Source of the DNA: Styela clava
Lineage: Eukaryota
Direction: 5' to 3'
DNA length: 64,000 bases
Assembly (NCBI RefSeq): GCF_964204865.1
Contig: NC_135250.1
Coordinates: 6,696,001-6,760,000, forward strand
The translations under genes and the position numbers were made by a program. Below the pieces are notes generated by a model. That model had not been told where the DNA came from, did no database searches, and saw only the letters and a list, made by a program, of their open reading frames with translations. Positions 48,501-60,600 of this stretch are shown in pieces; position 1 is the first letter of the stretch; each line of letters begins with the position of its first letter.

Positions 48501-51500
48501 GCTTTGGATTTGGATTTATTCACCCCAAAAACAAAGTAATTCAGCCCCAGGAAAATCTACCCCAGGTTAATGAATACCTATCTAATCTGAAGAGTTGTTA
48601 TGTACCTGCATAATTCCCGGGACCAGTACTCCATTGTCGCTGCCCTGGGTTGCTTCTCTTGTTAGTCCTGAAAATAGATAATGAACAATTTTCTAATTAC
48701 AAGTTTTGAAATGAGTTGCTGCTTCGAAGTTGAAGAAAACTCGAAATATAGAAGTCGTTAGGGTTTTCTATATTTATCGAGACCAACTTATATGTTGCAT
48801 AAAACTCTAATTTGAAAAAGTGTTTCGGTGAGAGTGGTACGAATTCAGAAAAGGCTTGGTTAGGCATGTTTCCACAGATAAAGAGGCGAGAGTGTCTCGA
48901 AGCCCACTATTTTGTTCGTCATTCGCATAGTGAACAATAACGTATTGTTTCAATTGAAAAACACGATAAACATAGTGAAGATAAAATCTCAGGAAGGGTA
49001 CCTCCACCGTTATTATCTTCAAATCTATGGAGTACCTCATCACGCCTCGCTTCAATCACCGTCGGAACAGATCGCACTGAAATTATTCAATGTAAAATTA
49101 AAATGACTTGTATATTAGAAACCTAATATTACTTCTACATTTGATGCGACTACCAAATATTTAATCACTACCTACGTTCCCGTAGATCGAATCCAAAGTT
49201 CGACTGTTTGGGATTAGTTCTGGTGGATGTGTTTGTGACTTTCCCTCCTCATCTTCTGACTGCAATGAAAATGTTCACGATTTTATTGAATTCGATTTCA
49301 GTTGTACATAATGTATAAACGGAATTGATCAGACATTCACCTCGCGCGTTATTCCTGATTGTAGATTTAATTTGGGGGTTTTCAGCGTGCCCTGTTCCTC
49401 CCTATTTAATAGTATTGGCCTGATCGATGTTCTTGTTTGCATGGGTACATATCGGGGACGGTAGTATTGTGGGCCTCCATAATGCGTCATGGGTCGATAT
49501 CTCGGAGACTGGCCAGCTGGCGACATTATTGGCAGCATATACCGATTTCGATATTCATAGGAATTTCTATAACTTCCTTGTGAATGCTCGAAGGGACGGC
49601 GTTGTGATACATACGAATTATATGAAACTTGTGGTGATGTTGGGGCCATTTTTTGGGAATCCGGAATACTTAGTGGTGGCATTTGTCGTTCTTGAGTAAT
49701 TCGACTTGATACATCTTCTGTTCTATCTGTGACTTCATCATCTTCTTCTGATCCTCTGCCTTTGTATAAAGGTAATACTCCGCTCGAACCAAGTTTTTTC
49801 AGAAACTCGGAATGAAAAACTGGAGGTTTGTCTGAAGGTCCGACGAAAATCGGTTTCTGCATTTTAACATTTTCGACATATTGTCTATCAACTAATTCTG
49901 GCTTAGAATTTGATGACTTTGCTGTTGAGTTTATCTGCGTTGAAATGTTTCTATTTTCTTCAATACGTTGTGGCGGATTCGTAGGAACTATTTTTGTAGT
50001 TGTGGGAGAAGTATCTGATAAAATATATTAATAGGAAAAACAAACAATCAAATACAAGCGTTAGTCAGAAAAAAAGAGACAGATGCTCATGGGAAAGTGG
50101 TCGAAGGTCTGATGTCCAAAATATCCTTAAATTACTTTATTGGTAACGTCTTGGTGGAAATATATACAGTAAATTTGCCATCTGAGAACCTCGACGTCGT
50201 TACACTCCTAAATGACAAGTGTTTTTGAGAACATCAAGTCTTTCACGTTGGTTACGTGGATTGGCCGATGCTGCACGAATCGTTAGGTAACTAAAAGATA
50301 TGCGTGAGAAGCTAACACTGTGATTACTTCATTGAATATCCACAAGTCCACTTCACAAACCTTTACTGATATTAATAAACACACTTACTTTGGCATATTG
50401 GCGGTGGTGCATTCCAGTGAAACCCATCGCAGTAAATAACGTCTTCGCCAATCGTACGGAATCCAGATTGACACTGGTATCGAACAACGGCACCCTTCAT
50501 TTTTTCGTATTTCATTGAATTTAATGGCTGAACATATGGGGGACATCCTGGAGCTAGAAAATATCAATAGTATTTTCTCTAATTCATATAAGGTAACTAA
50601 CTTGGCTTAACACAATTAATGTTTGAACGTGAGATATTTCAGGTGAATATATATATATAGTGGAACAAGCAGAAAGTTTTGTTGTAGACAAATTTGAATT
50701 CTTATTGAAGACAGGTACAAACTTAGGATCTTATGTACAAAGCCCTCGCCAAGTAACACCCCGCCAGCTATCAAACCGAGTGATTATCCAGTTAGGGGTG
50801 GGAATGCAGATTGCGCTGGCAATTCATATTTCCAACCCTCACCCCAACTGGATAATCACTAATTTGTTATCCCCCTTTTCTGCATTAGTGGCGAGGGCTT
50901 TGTACAAAAAAAACCCAAACTTTCTGTCGAGTACAAAAGAAGTTGCTGGAACTACAAAAAAATCCACAATGCGGAATAAATAACAGGGTCTGTCATAGTA
51001 GTTTGTACTTAATGCGATTCCTTTTTCAAACTAAGTACTCGAAGTATCGCTCCTCCGTTTTCGATATATATATATATCTTTTTAATTGAAAACTAAGCGG
51101 TAAACCATGCAACACAGACCGCTACAGCTTTTTCATAGAAACACGAACGAATAAGTTGTCAATTATGCATAATATAACAAGGTAAAGAAAAGGTGGCAGT
51201 AAGAACTAACCGACACAAACAGGTTTCTTTCCTCGCCAATTCCCTCTGGAACATGACAGCAATGGAGGACCCATCGTTTGATAACCCGGGTCACAGAAAA
51301 ATTGCACAAGCATTCCATTCTTTAGGAATTTTGCGTTTCCATGAATTATTCTTCCCGGATCTCCGCATGGAACGGCTTAAAAGAAAAACAACTATTGAAT
51401 ATAAAGATTTCATATTTATTCAACATCCATTAACAAGTAGATACGTTTTCGTTCAAATGATAGTTTGACTATATCATTGGTCTCGGTATGGGACATCTCA

Positions 51501-51748
51501 CTAAAATATAATTTTCTGTTTAACACTTATTATTTAGGTTCTGATATATGTGCATCATCAAGCCCGTTAAAAACAGCCTGAAACGAGTACGCCAGTAATA
51601 GATTCAATTCGCCATTATACCGGTGGTAATTATTTGTCATATATATATATATATATATTTAAAATAAAACTTCATGTTACGCACCTTCAGTCATGTCCAT
51701 AATCAGCAAAAGAGATATAGCAGTTAGGTACATGAAACATATATCCAT
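39573..51748 (-). CDS. Secreted Sushi/cbEGF/HYR/GCC2 extracellular-matrix protein (SVEP1/SCUBE/fibrillin-like mosaic), ~25 exons
   Basis: Signal-peptide exon 51748-51685 ([21 protein letters not shown]). Sushi exons ~51375-51211 and ~50553-50389. Low-complexity exons ~50014-47234. About 10 cbEGF exons (DxxEC...CxNxxGS/GY) between ~47035 and 43092, with a GCC2/ephrin-like exon at ~44193-44045. Sushi at ~42720-42247, HYR at ~42148-41093, Sushi-like ~40993-40809. Last exon 40306-39573 (Thr-rich, CPRGTY/CSPGFYQ repeats, basic tail). Confidence 0.85.
41894..42061. mobile_element. Intronic MITE (GGTTAGGG-containing family)
   Basis: TIR GGTACTCCCGTAGTATGTGTACCA / TGGTACACATACTTCTGGAGCGCC. Confidence 0.65.
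44912..45135. mobile_element. Intronic MITE with ~60-bp inverted arms
   Basis: TATGTGAACCAAGATGGCGGACAC...TACCAGGTTAGGG is inverted to CCCTAACCTGGTAC...TTGGTTCACATA. Confidence 0.75.
45417..45711 (-). mobile_element. tRNA-derived SINE, well-preserved copy
   Basis: Minus strand: A box TGGCGCATCGTG, B box GGTTCGAATCC within a T-arm-like stem, AATAAA and an (ATCCT)n tail. Fragments also at ~46720-46810 and ~59100-59165. Confidence 0.8.
48302..48577. mobile_element. hAT-type MITE
   Basis: CAGTGGTTCTCAAC...TACCCCAGGTTAA, the same family as 57974-58171. Confidence 0.5.
50734..50906. mobile_element. Fold-back MITE
   Basis: Perfect 18-bp TIR TGTACAAAGCCCTCGCCA/TGGCGAGGGCTTTGTACA plus an internal inverted pair GTGATTATCCAGTT/AACTGGATAATCAC. 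Confidence 0.7.
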
Positions 51749-54612
51749 ATTGTGTGTATTCCTTTCAGACGTTAAATAAAACGTCTCTATTAATACATAC
51801 TAAAGATATTCACTTAACAACTACCCGATGTAATTTCTTACTAAATGGCGCTGAAAAAGTATGGTGCTAAAACTACAAAGCTACCAAACTGGTTTTACAA
51901 GCTAGATTCTAGTTTGGCGGAAACAAACGTCCTGAAATGGACTGTTAAATTGTCACTATCGTGTGGAATTCTACAATACAAATAGCCTGGTTCGCTGATT
52001 TCACATCCAACAGTGACATTGTGTTTACACTGAGAGGATTGTTCTGCGTTTGTTTTTATTATTCTAAACCCGTTACCCCAACTTGTCAAATTAAAGATAA
52101 TTTAGTCAGCAAAAGTGAAAAATTATCCAAACTTTCTCAGATGTTTGCCGCACCGATTCGCTACTTGAGCTTAAATCAACCGTGGCGGACCTTTGTGGTT
52201 GTTAGGAGTTCAAAATATCACAAATGACGAAAATACTTCCGATGACCCAATCGGTATTGTTTCCCATTTCGTGGGAAAGGTGTGATGTATCAAACAGCAG
52301 CAGTGACAAAAAAGGAGAAATTACATATTATGTAGCCTGCCTTCAACCTAAGCCAAGCTGTAGAATTTGAATGATCTTCCCAAACCTCATATATTAACTG
52401 AAATGTAAACATTTAAGTTTATACTGATATTGGTACCGCAAAACCATATCATGTATGTATCATATTATTTCTCATTTTCTACTACTTCACTTGCAAACAA
52501 ACTGTTAGCTCACAAGAAATTTATGCATTGCTTCTAATTTTTGAAATTAGCTGGCTTCCAGATTTAAGCTACGTCTTTCACTTAATTTGAAAAATGTTTC
52601 ATGGTTTTCCCTGCTTCGTGTTATTGTGAGGGTCGCAATAGTTTCCCTAACTTTACTTTAAATCCAGATGCTGTTGTTATACAATTTGGAAAAAGCCTTG
52701 TATCATAATTAAATGATTGTATCGGGTTTGCAAACTTAGTTTACCCGCTAGGCGTACAAATTTGGTCGGCAATTTCAGGCCAATTTTCGCGATATGGACG
52801 ATTATACCAAAACTGCACAATGATCTTTTTTGTCCTTCATAATGCGATAATAAGCGGGTTCTGTTATCATTATGTCATTTTCAGGATATAGAAAGAGACC
52901 ATTATATATAAATTGCTGCATAAAAATAGCCCACGGTTTAGCAGTTAAATAGGGTGACAAGGGTTCATAGCTTTGCTGCAAAATGCAGCAGTGATATCGT
53001 GGAAATAATGACGTTTTGTCCATCAAACTGCGGCTTAGTCTGATCTGGGTCTCTGATTCGAATCCAACGGGATCCAATATAAAATTTAACAAACGTAAAA
53101 AATAAAGGCATTCGCGTCAAATAATTCGACCAATCACAGTTTATTTACTTAGTCCAATAATATAGTCATGGTGCCTAGTGAATCATTTCCTCGTGCCTCT
53201 GTAAAACCTTGGATACACTGACATAGTACAATTAGTATAGACGATTATTATCATTAACTCGAGTTTTCGCTTTTAAATTGGCTCTCACAAAGTGGTTTGT
53301 AATAAGCCTTGTTAAAATATTGTATCAAAAAACGCCTAGGAAACTATAATTTTGGGTGGATAAATTGGACGTATCACCAGTGAAGTTTAGGTTGTGTTTT
53401 CGATGGGTAATCCTATTGGAATCACGCTATTTCTAGCCCCATTTTTGGCTGGACGAAAGATACCTCCTGCGCACTAAATTGAATTCCGCAGAGGGCTGTC
53501 ACATATGAGTAGAACTTTTATCGTGGGTAAGTGCTGACGAATTACAGTCTTCCCGCCTATTACTTCCTTAGATGTACATAACGCAGGAGAGCCTTTCATT
53601 TGTTCCTCGCCAAACGACGCTTTTCTCCTCGCAGGGTTAAACATGAAATCCTAACTCTCTGTTAACGCACATTGTTTTCCTAAATTTCTCGATTTGATTT
53701 CATACTTTGTTCAAAATAATCTTTTTATTCGAATATTTTATTTATTTTTAAAAATAAAATCTACATGGAATGAGCCATTTGCAAAAAAAAATCTAAAAAA
53801 TGCCGATCAATATGAGATTATACTAAAGAACACATGATCGTAAATGGAAGCCGCCTAAAAATGTAACAGTGATAAATCAAAGACACAAGGAATATAGAAA
53901 ATAGGTAACATACAAGGTAATGGTTAGCTCTTGCTAGTTGCAAACCAATTTATAATTGGAACAGGGTCAATCAAGTGACCATGTATAGCCGAACATATGA
54001 ATACTCATTTTATCTTTGGTTCAGGTATGGTACAGTGATAATGATGTTAGGTAACAAATTTTAACAGACACAAAAATAAATAAAAATCTAGGTGATCTCA
54101 TGAGCGTAATTTGCCACTAATGTAGAAAATAAAAACAGTGATGGATGGACAAAATAGGTATGAATAGCTAGGTAAAATGAATTTCTAATGAAAAAATGTT
54201 GTTTAAAAATATTTCATAGTTAACATTTGGATGGAAATGGAAATGACTTGTTCTAACTGCTAATAAGGTAAGGTAAAAAGTTGATTTTCTGATTATTATA
54301 TACATATAAATAAGAATAGATAAAAAATATACGAAGACCTACAGCGGAACCTTGGGTTATACTTTGATCTTTTTCAAAAATGTCAAACGAAAATTTCCTG
54401 AACAATCGCATATGCAGAGCTGAACATCTGCTTGCGTTTTAAAGGGTGACAGTGAGGAAATATGTACAAATTCAAGGTAAAATTTCGAGTTGCTAGAAAT
54501 TTAGTTCTTGTGCGAAGTAAAAGTGAACACACACTTTATAATAGTGTCACGCTCATATATACAAACTACAGCTCATTCGTGAAATAATATTCTGCAAAAC
54601 AAAACTCTTATT

Positions 54613-57600
54613 TCAATATTGTCTAACAGTGGCTGTAAGACCTCTCAATGCCCATCGTGAGGAAGGTATGGAATCTCTTGATACGTCAAGGTCAAAGACA
54701 GGTTTTCTTTTGCTTGTTGTTGTGACGAAAACTGGACATGAGTAATAATCAATCGGTCTGCAAAAAAATTGAATAAAACTATTTTGAGAAATTTGTAAAT
54801 TGGGGAGAGCGAAAAGTGTACATTTACTCTCACCCAATGGTGAAACTTGTTATGGAACTATTTGATTAATTAAACAAACAAGTGGTTTCTGTCTATCAAC
54901 AAACTAGTCAACACTGAATAAAATTTTCCTATTCATTCCCAAGGCGAAGTTCATAACCTAGTTCAATTGAGTCTCTTGACTGTTTACCTGTCACTATAAT
55001 GTATGGAAATACCAACCATTCCAGTTTATAGATGCATGTAACAGGTCATAAACTAATACAATAATATTTTAAGTTGGAAAATCTTTTGTGGAATTCAGAT
55101 AAAATTCATACTTACATCAAAAAGAAAAAAGCCATTGCCTAATCTATTTAAAGTCAAACTGTTGCCCCTTGTCTAGTTATTGGTTTGAGTACGTGAATAG
55201 CTGATGAGTTTAGCGTTGTAGATGCATGAGCATCAAGCTATATTTTTTCTTATATTTGATGCTTTCCTAGCGAATAGTACAAGCAATCTCCTACTAATAA
55301 CACTACAAGAAAATTTCTTTCTCTGTTACCTGGTAAGGTCATTTGTTGTTCCAAGTTTTGTTGATTCCATAACAAAAGTAACATGGATAACAGGAAGTCC
55401 TGTTGGACCACGTTTTGGTGGTGAATCTTGCATTTCACCAGTTGTTTTCTCCCATGTACTTCCCCATAAGTAGACACCATGGATGAAAATGCCCTCAGAA
55501 GGTGGGTCACGAAGCTACAATTAAAATATTTGTTAATATCATAACAACACCGACAGACACGGACTAGTCAGGTTTTTGAAACTAAGGCTTAGGGTGGCTA
55601 AAGTGCATGATTGCCATCAGGTATATTCATGTCGAAGATAAGATGAAGTTTTTCTTTATGGAATTCGAATCATTGGAATATTACATGGTTTTACCAATAC
55701 CAATGGGCTTCATTTATTTTCTGCTCTAGAGTGGCTATGTTTCGAAACAAGTCATCTGCTATTGAGTCTAAATTGCGACTTGTTTAAAACAAGAATAGAC
55801 AAGCCATTTTGGGTCCAACATTGAATGCTTAAGACCATGATCATATCACGGTGACCGTACATTTGAACCCATGCGTATATCCGCGAGTTCAATCTATATC
55901 CGGATGCTAAAACCCATGGGTTAGTATGGGTTCAAATATCCGTAAAACAAAAAAATTTCCATAGGTGCAATAGTATGCAGGTGCAATTGTCATGGGTTCA
56001 AATGTACGTGGGTTCAAATATACGGGAACCTCATATCACGTCTCAAATCAAGACAAGACACCAACCAACCTGCACCAAACTACCTAAGTCAGGTAAAATG
56101 GTCCATAATGCCAATTGAAGTTATTTTGAACATTAAAACTATTTAAATAGTTAAGGAAACTGACAATCACATCCTAACAACTAATTATTAATACTTATTC
56201 ATTAAATAAAACCTACATGGTCTTTATCTCGTTGAGTGATTTCAGTTTGTACAACAATGTTATCGACACTTCCGTATTTTTCTAGATGGTTCTTGACGGC
56301 TTCTTGTTTGAATATCGACATCAATGCATGGGGATTGAAAAATGCTCCGAGCCAGTATGCTGCTACCTTGTCTCTTCCCTGAAAATATAATACGACTAGG
56401 TGAATTTTAATCTAAAAATATAATTACTCACATGGAATATCACCAATAAGTTTCTTATCAGTAAATACTCGTAGATAAAATAATGGTACAGAATTTTTGC
56501 CTAATCAAAATTGCAAGTAATCACAAGCAAGCGATGCAAAACCGCTTGCTTGCATTTTGTGGACCCATAAATGGTACTGCTTCAAAATTGTGTATAAGTG
56601 AGTCATTATAAACATGTGATGAATTAATTGACTGACTTCTGACTTCTTCATACAAAACAAGATATATTTCGATCAAACAGCACTGTTTGATGATATTTGG
56701 AATAATAAAACATATTTGTTTAAACGAGAATAATTTATTTTTGCTTAGTCAACAACTTGGTCCACAACCTCATATTGAAATGTATTGCTATTGTCAAATC
56801 AATTTCCAAAAAAAAAACTGTGTTTAATAAAATTGTACTTACAAGCATTAAAATTCTCTCCAAGTGCGCTGAACGCTGTCCTAAATCATTCAACCATGTA
56901 GTGAGAGAAGTTGAATCGGGAGGTGCAGTTTCCCCAGCGAGTACCATCCAGCGTTGAGGTATTTTACCATAGTAAAGATAATCTGACGTCTCAACATCAG
57001 CTGGAGTCATGTGATCTCCAATGTGGTCGAGAGTCTCAACAGCATTCTTCACTGAAGTCAGACTCCTACAAAATATATAAAAAATTATGTAAAAAATTAA
57101 TTTTTAATCGTGAATGTTGATTGATAAGCCAACAAATCATGGACTAATTTCATAAAAACATTATAGAATATTCATCCCAAATTGTGAAAATGGCAATAAA
57201 CTTCGCTTGGGCAATACAAAGTAAATTGGTGAGGCTTTATCAATTTATCGTAAAAATAATCCTGTTTTCCCCCCATTATGTTAACTTTTGTACAGTCTCT
57301 ATATAGAAAATTCTTTGACGGCACATAAATATATAGTTTTAATCATCAAGATACCTGGACTTTTCATATTTATCTTATAACTGAGAAGTGATACGGCAAC
57401 ATTCATCTCTCATATGGCTGACTACAAGTTTAGTGTTTCAGGTCAATGAATGTAATTTGGCAGTTACATGAATCGCCCTATGACATTGAGGAGTCCAGCG
57501 TCCAAACATACAGTTTAGAAATTGTATTCCTATAATTTTATTCTGACAATAAATGAGATCCAAATGAGAATTCCACCTTTTTATTTCCAGAAGCAAGTAA

Positions 57601-60600
57601 TTCATTTTTTCCATTTCTTTATGTAAAAACAAGTTGAAAGTTGTCTGACCTCCAATCTTTTTTATTCTTTCAGCGAGATAATCCTGTAGAATTAATTTGT
57701 AAATTTAACTGAAATTTCTATAACATACTAAGTTACAACAATAATATCTGATACTTACTCGATTCCAAGTCTTTGGGATCTTTGATAATGCATTGTAGCA
57801 GATTTCCCATAATTCAATTTCCTTTCTATTTTTCAGTAAGGCTTGAACATGAGTGGCAAACACACCCCTGTAAACAAAACGGTAGAATTTCCTTTAATAA
57901 GTTGCTCAGAAAAAGATCCATATAAGTTGCAACTCAAATGCAGGGTGTCCTGGGCCAACCAAGTATGGGTTCCAGTGGTTCTTAACCTTTTTTGAATAAT
58001 TTACCCCTTTATCAAACAAGGTTACAAGATTTACCCCCAATACATCTGATATTAAAAATTCATCAGGTAAAATATAAATAGCTCTAAATTTAGATGCGAA
58101 GTCTCTCTCTCTCTCTCTTGCTTTTTATACCCCGTCTACCCCCAGGGGTAAATTTACCCCAGGTTAAGAAATGAGGTTATGCACAATTCTCAATTGGGGA
58201 GGAGTTCCATCTCAGTGAAGATTTGTTGTTTTTGGATATTAAATATAGAAATATTACTTTGTATTTGGTGTAGTCCTACCAATATTTTTTTTCTTCCAGC
58301 ATTGGTGCAATACGTTATAAACTATCCAGAAGTTGGGGTTTACGTAACAGTGGATAAGGTTCCAAACCTCTTGAAACCGGCTTGTTTGAGTACGCTCTGT
58401 GCCCCGGCAAGCCGGTTTACCGGCTTGTTTTTCATGCCGGAAGGTATCAACTTCATGACGGTTTTTCACTGTTTTTAGGCGTTTTAGCAGGGTTCTTGGT
58501 GTTTTTAGACTGTTTTCATTGTTTTTGAGCGTTTTAGCAGGGTTAAAGATTGAACAAATAATGGAACTATTGGTATATCATTTTAGATATTTTCAGCATA
58601 TAAAAAATCATAACAAACATTTTTTCACACCTGTGTAATATCCATGGATGACTGCTGCTTGAACTGATGCTTGTATGATGAGGTCCAAGCAGGGAGGTTG
58701 GAGGTTGAGGATATAATTTGTGCGATAATGTCTTTGACTCAGGTTGCGCGTCATAAATCTGGTTCAGTCTGAATGAGATGTTATGAGAATTTAACTGAAA
58801 ATTGAAAATGTTAGTTGTATAGTAGATTGTTCTCGTGTCATTTCTAGAATTGAGATTGAAACACAAATTGAAAAAAAAACATTCAATTGTTATTTTTACT
58901 CTTACTTTATGTCTAAAATATTGGAGCCTTTCTTGATGCATAAAAAAGGAAATGACAATCGTAATATTTTGTTCTATCGCCCATTACTAAATATAAAATA
59001 CGAATCAAATATATTTGAAAGTCATACAAGAAAAAGTTGCTTGAACAGTGATGTCAACAGTTGGTACCATGTTCTCATCTCACTGCTGAATATCTCATAC
59101 AAGGTGGGTAGGTTTGAGTTATGTGAAACATAAATATGCGTGAAAGGATTGCTGGACTTCTCTTAATCAAAAAGTGTTATACATGAATGATAACCAATTA
59201 TGCTCCATAAAATGCTCAGCAGTTGGTAAATTGTGCTCGGCATCAGGAACACACTAATCATTGTACATCTGATAACCCTGTGCAGGTAGGCAGGTTCTGA
59301 TTTTGTACGAAGGACTTATTTAATACCAGAAACTGCTGGACTTTTCATTGTCGTTCATGTATCTGCTGGTATATCATATATAACTTAACTACAAATCCAT
59401 TGTTTGAAACAAATACCTAAATATTACCTATTCCAATACTCGACATATGCTGATAACCGAACGAAAGGCATGGGTTCACCATATGATTAATCATTTTTAT
59501 CACCTTTTCTCTTCCTACTGAGATAAATATCAATATTCTATTCAATCTAACCCTATGATAGTGACATTACTGTTTTCTTATACGCCCTTTTGAATAAATT
59601 GTAATATTCTGTTCGTACCTTGTAAAAATATACTGATCATTTCCAATGACACCTTCAGGTGATGGATGTAAGTTGCAGCCTTCAGGACAATCCAATGCAT
59701 GATGAGGAGATGATTCCAATGCTTGACTCACTGATGTTTGCTTTGTGTTTGCAGTGAAAAAGACTGCTGGAAGTCTATACCTCACTGCACAAATAAAATA
59801 TTGACGATATGGCAAGTTTATTAGCTGCTGAATAGAACTACAAAGGCTACTGAAACTATACAGATTATGGCGGTGCAACGTGCCAGCAAAGTTTAAGTCA
59901 ATAAAATCAGGAAAATAACAGAGGGATTACGTGAACCAGTGAACAATTGAATCGAAAAATTTGAGGAGAAAGACAAAAAATTGATTTAATATAAATGACA
60001 AACCTTTAGGTAATTCAAATTCCCTTTTTACAGAGTTAGAAGCAAGCCAGTAATCAACGAGACAATTCAAACTTTGTTGATCGTTTGCATTTGTAACATA
60101 GTTGCCATAAGTGAGTTCAGCGATTTGATATCTAAAAAAGTATAGAATTGTGTCAAAAATGAGTGTGAAAGACTATTGTGTCGGTGTCGTTGATTGAAAA
60201 TCATTCTTTTGAACCCCTTGCCCATCACATCAGCTAGAGCAATGGTTCTCAAACAAGCGGGTGTGCCCTACATGAGGAGGCGTAGATAATTTTTTTAAGG
60301 GGCGTGATGCTAAAAATAAAATTTATCTTTTTCTAAAAATCTTTTAGATTTTATCTTACCCGCCCTATTTTTGATATTTACTTTATTTTGGATATTTGCA
60401 TCCCATCCACGTATTTTCAACGAATTTTTTAGATAAAACATCTTTTCGCCTCACTATCTGTTATTTGTAGCTTATTGTTACTTTTGAGGTGGGACGCGAG
60501 ACTCTAAATCTAAAGGTGCGGCTTAAAAAGTTTGAGAACCACTGAGCTAGAGTGTAATAAAATTGAGGGAGTAATGTCAAAATAGAAAATTTCATCCGCA

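Noticed and set aside
43740-55215. Other CTGANGA hits (e.g. ~43745, ~55201) as additional hammerheads
   Set aside because: No stem II followed by GAAA at a suitable distance.
56524-56552. Hairpin CAAGCAAGCG...CGCTTGCTTG in a dynein intron
   Set aside because: An isolated 10-bp stem with no further support; probably a transposon scar or chance.
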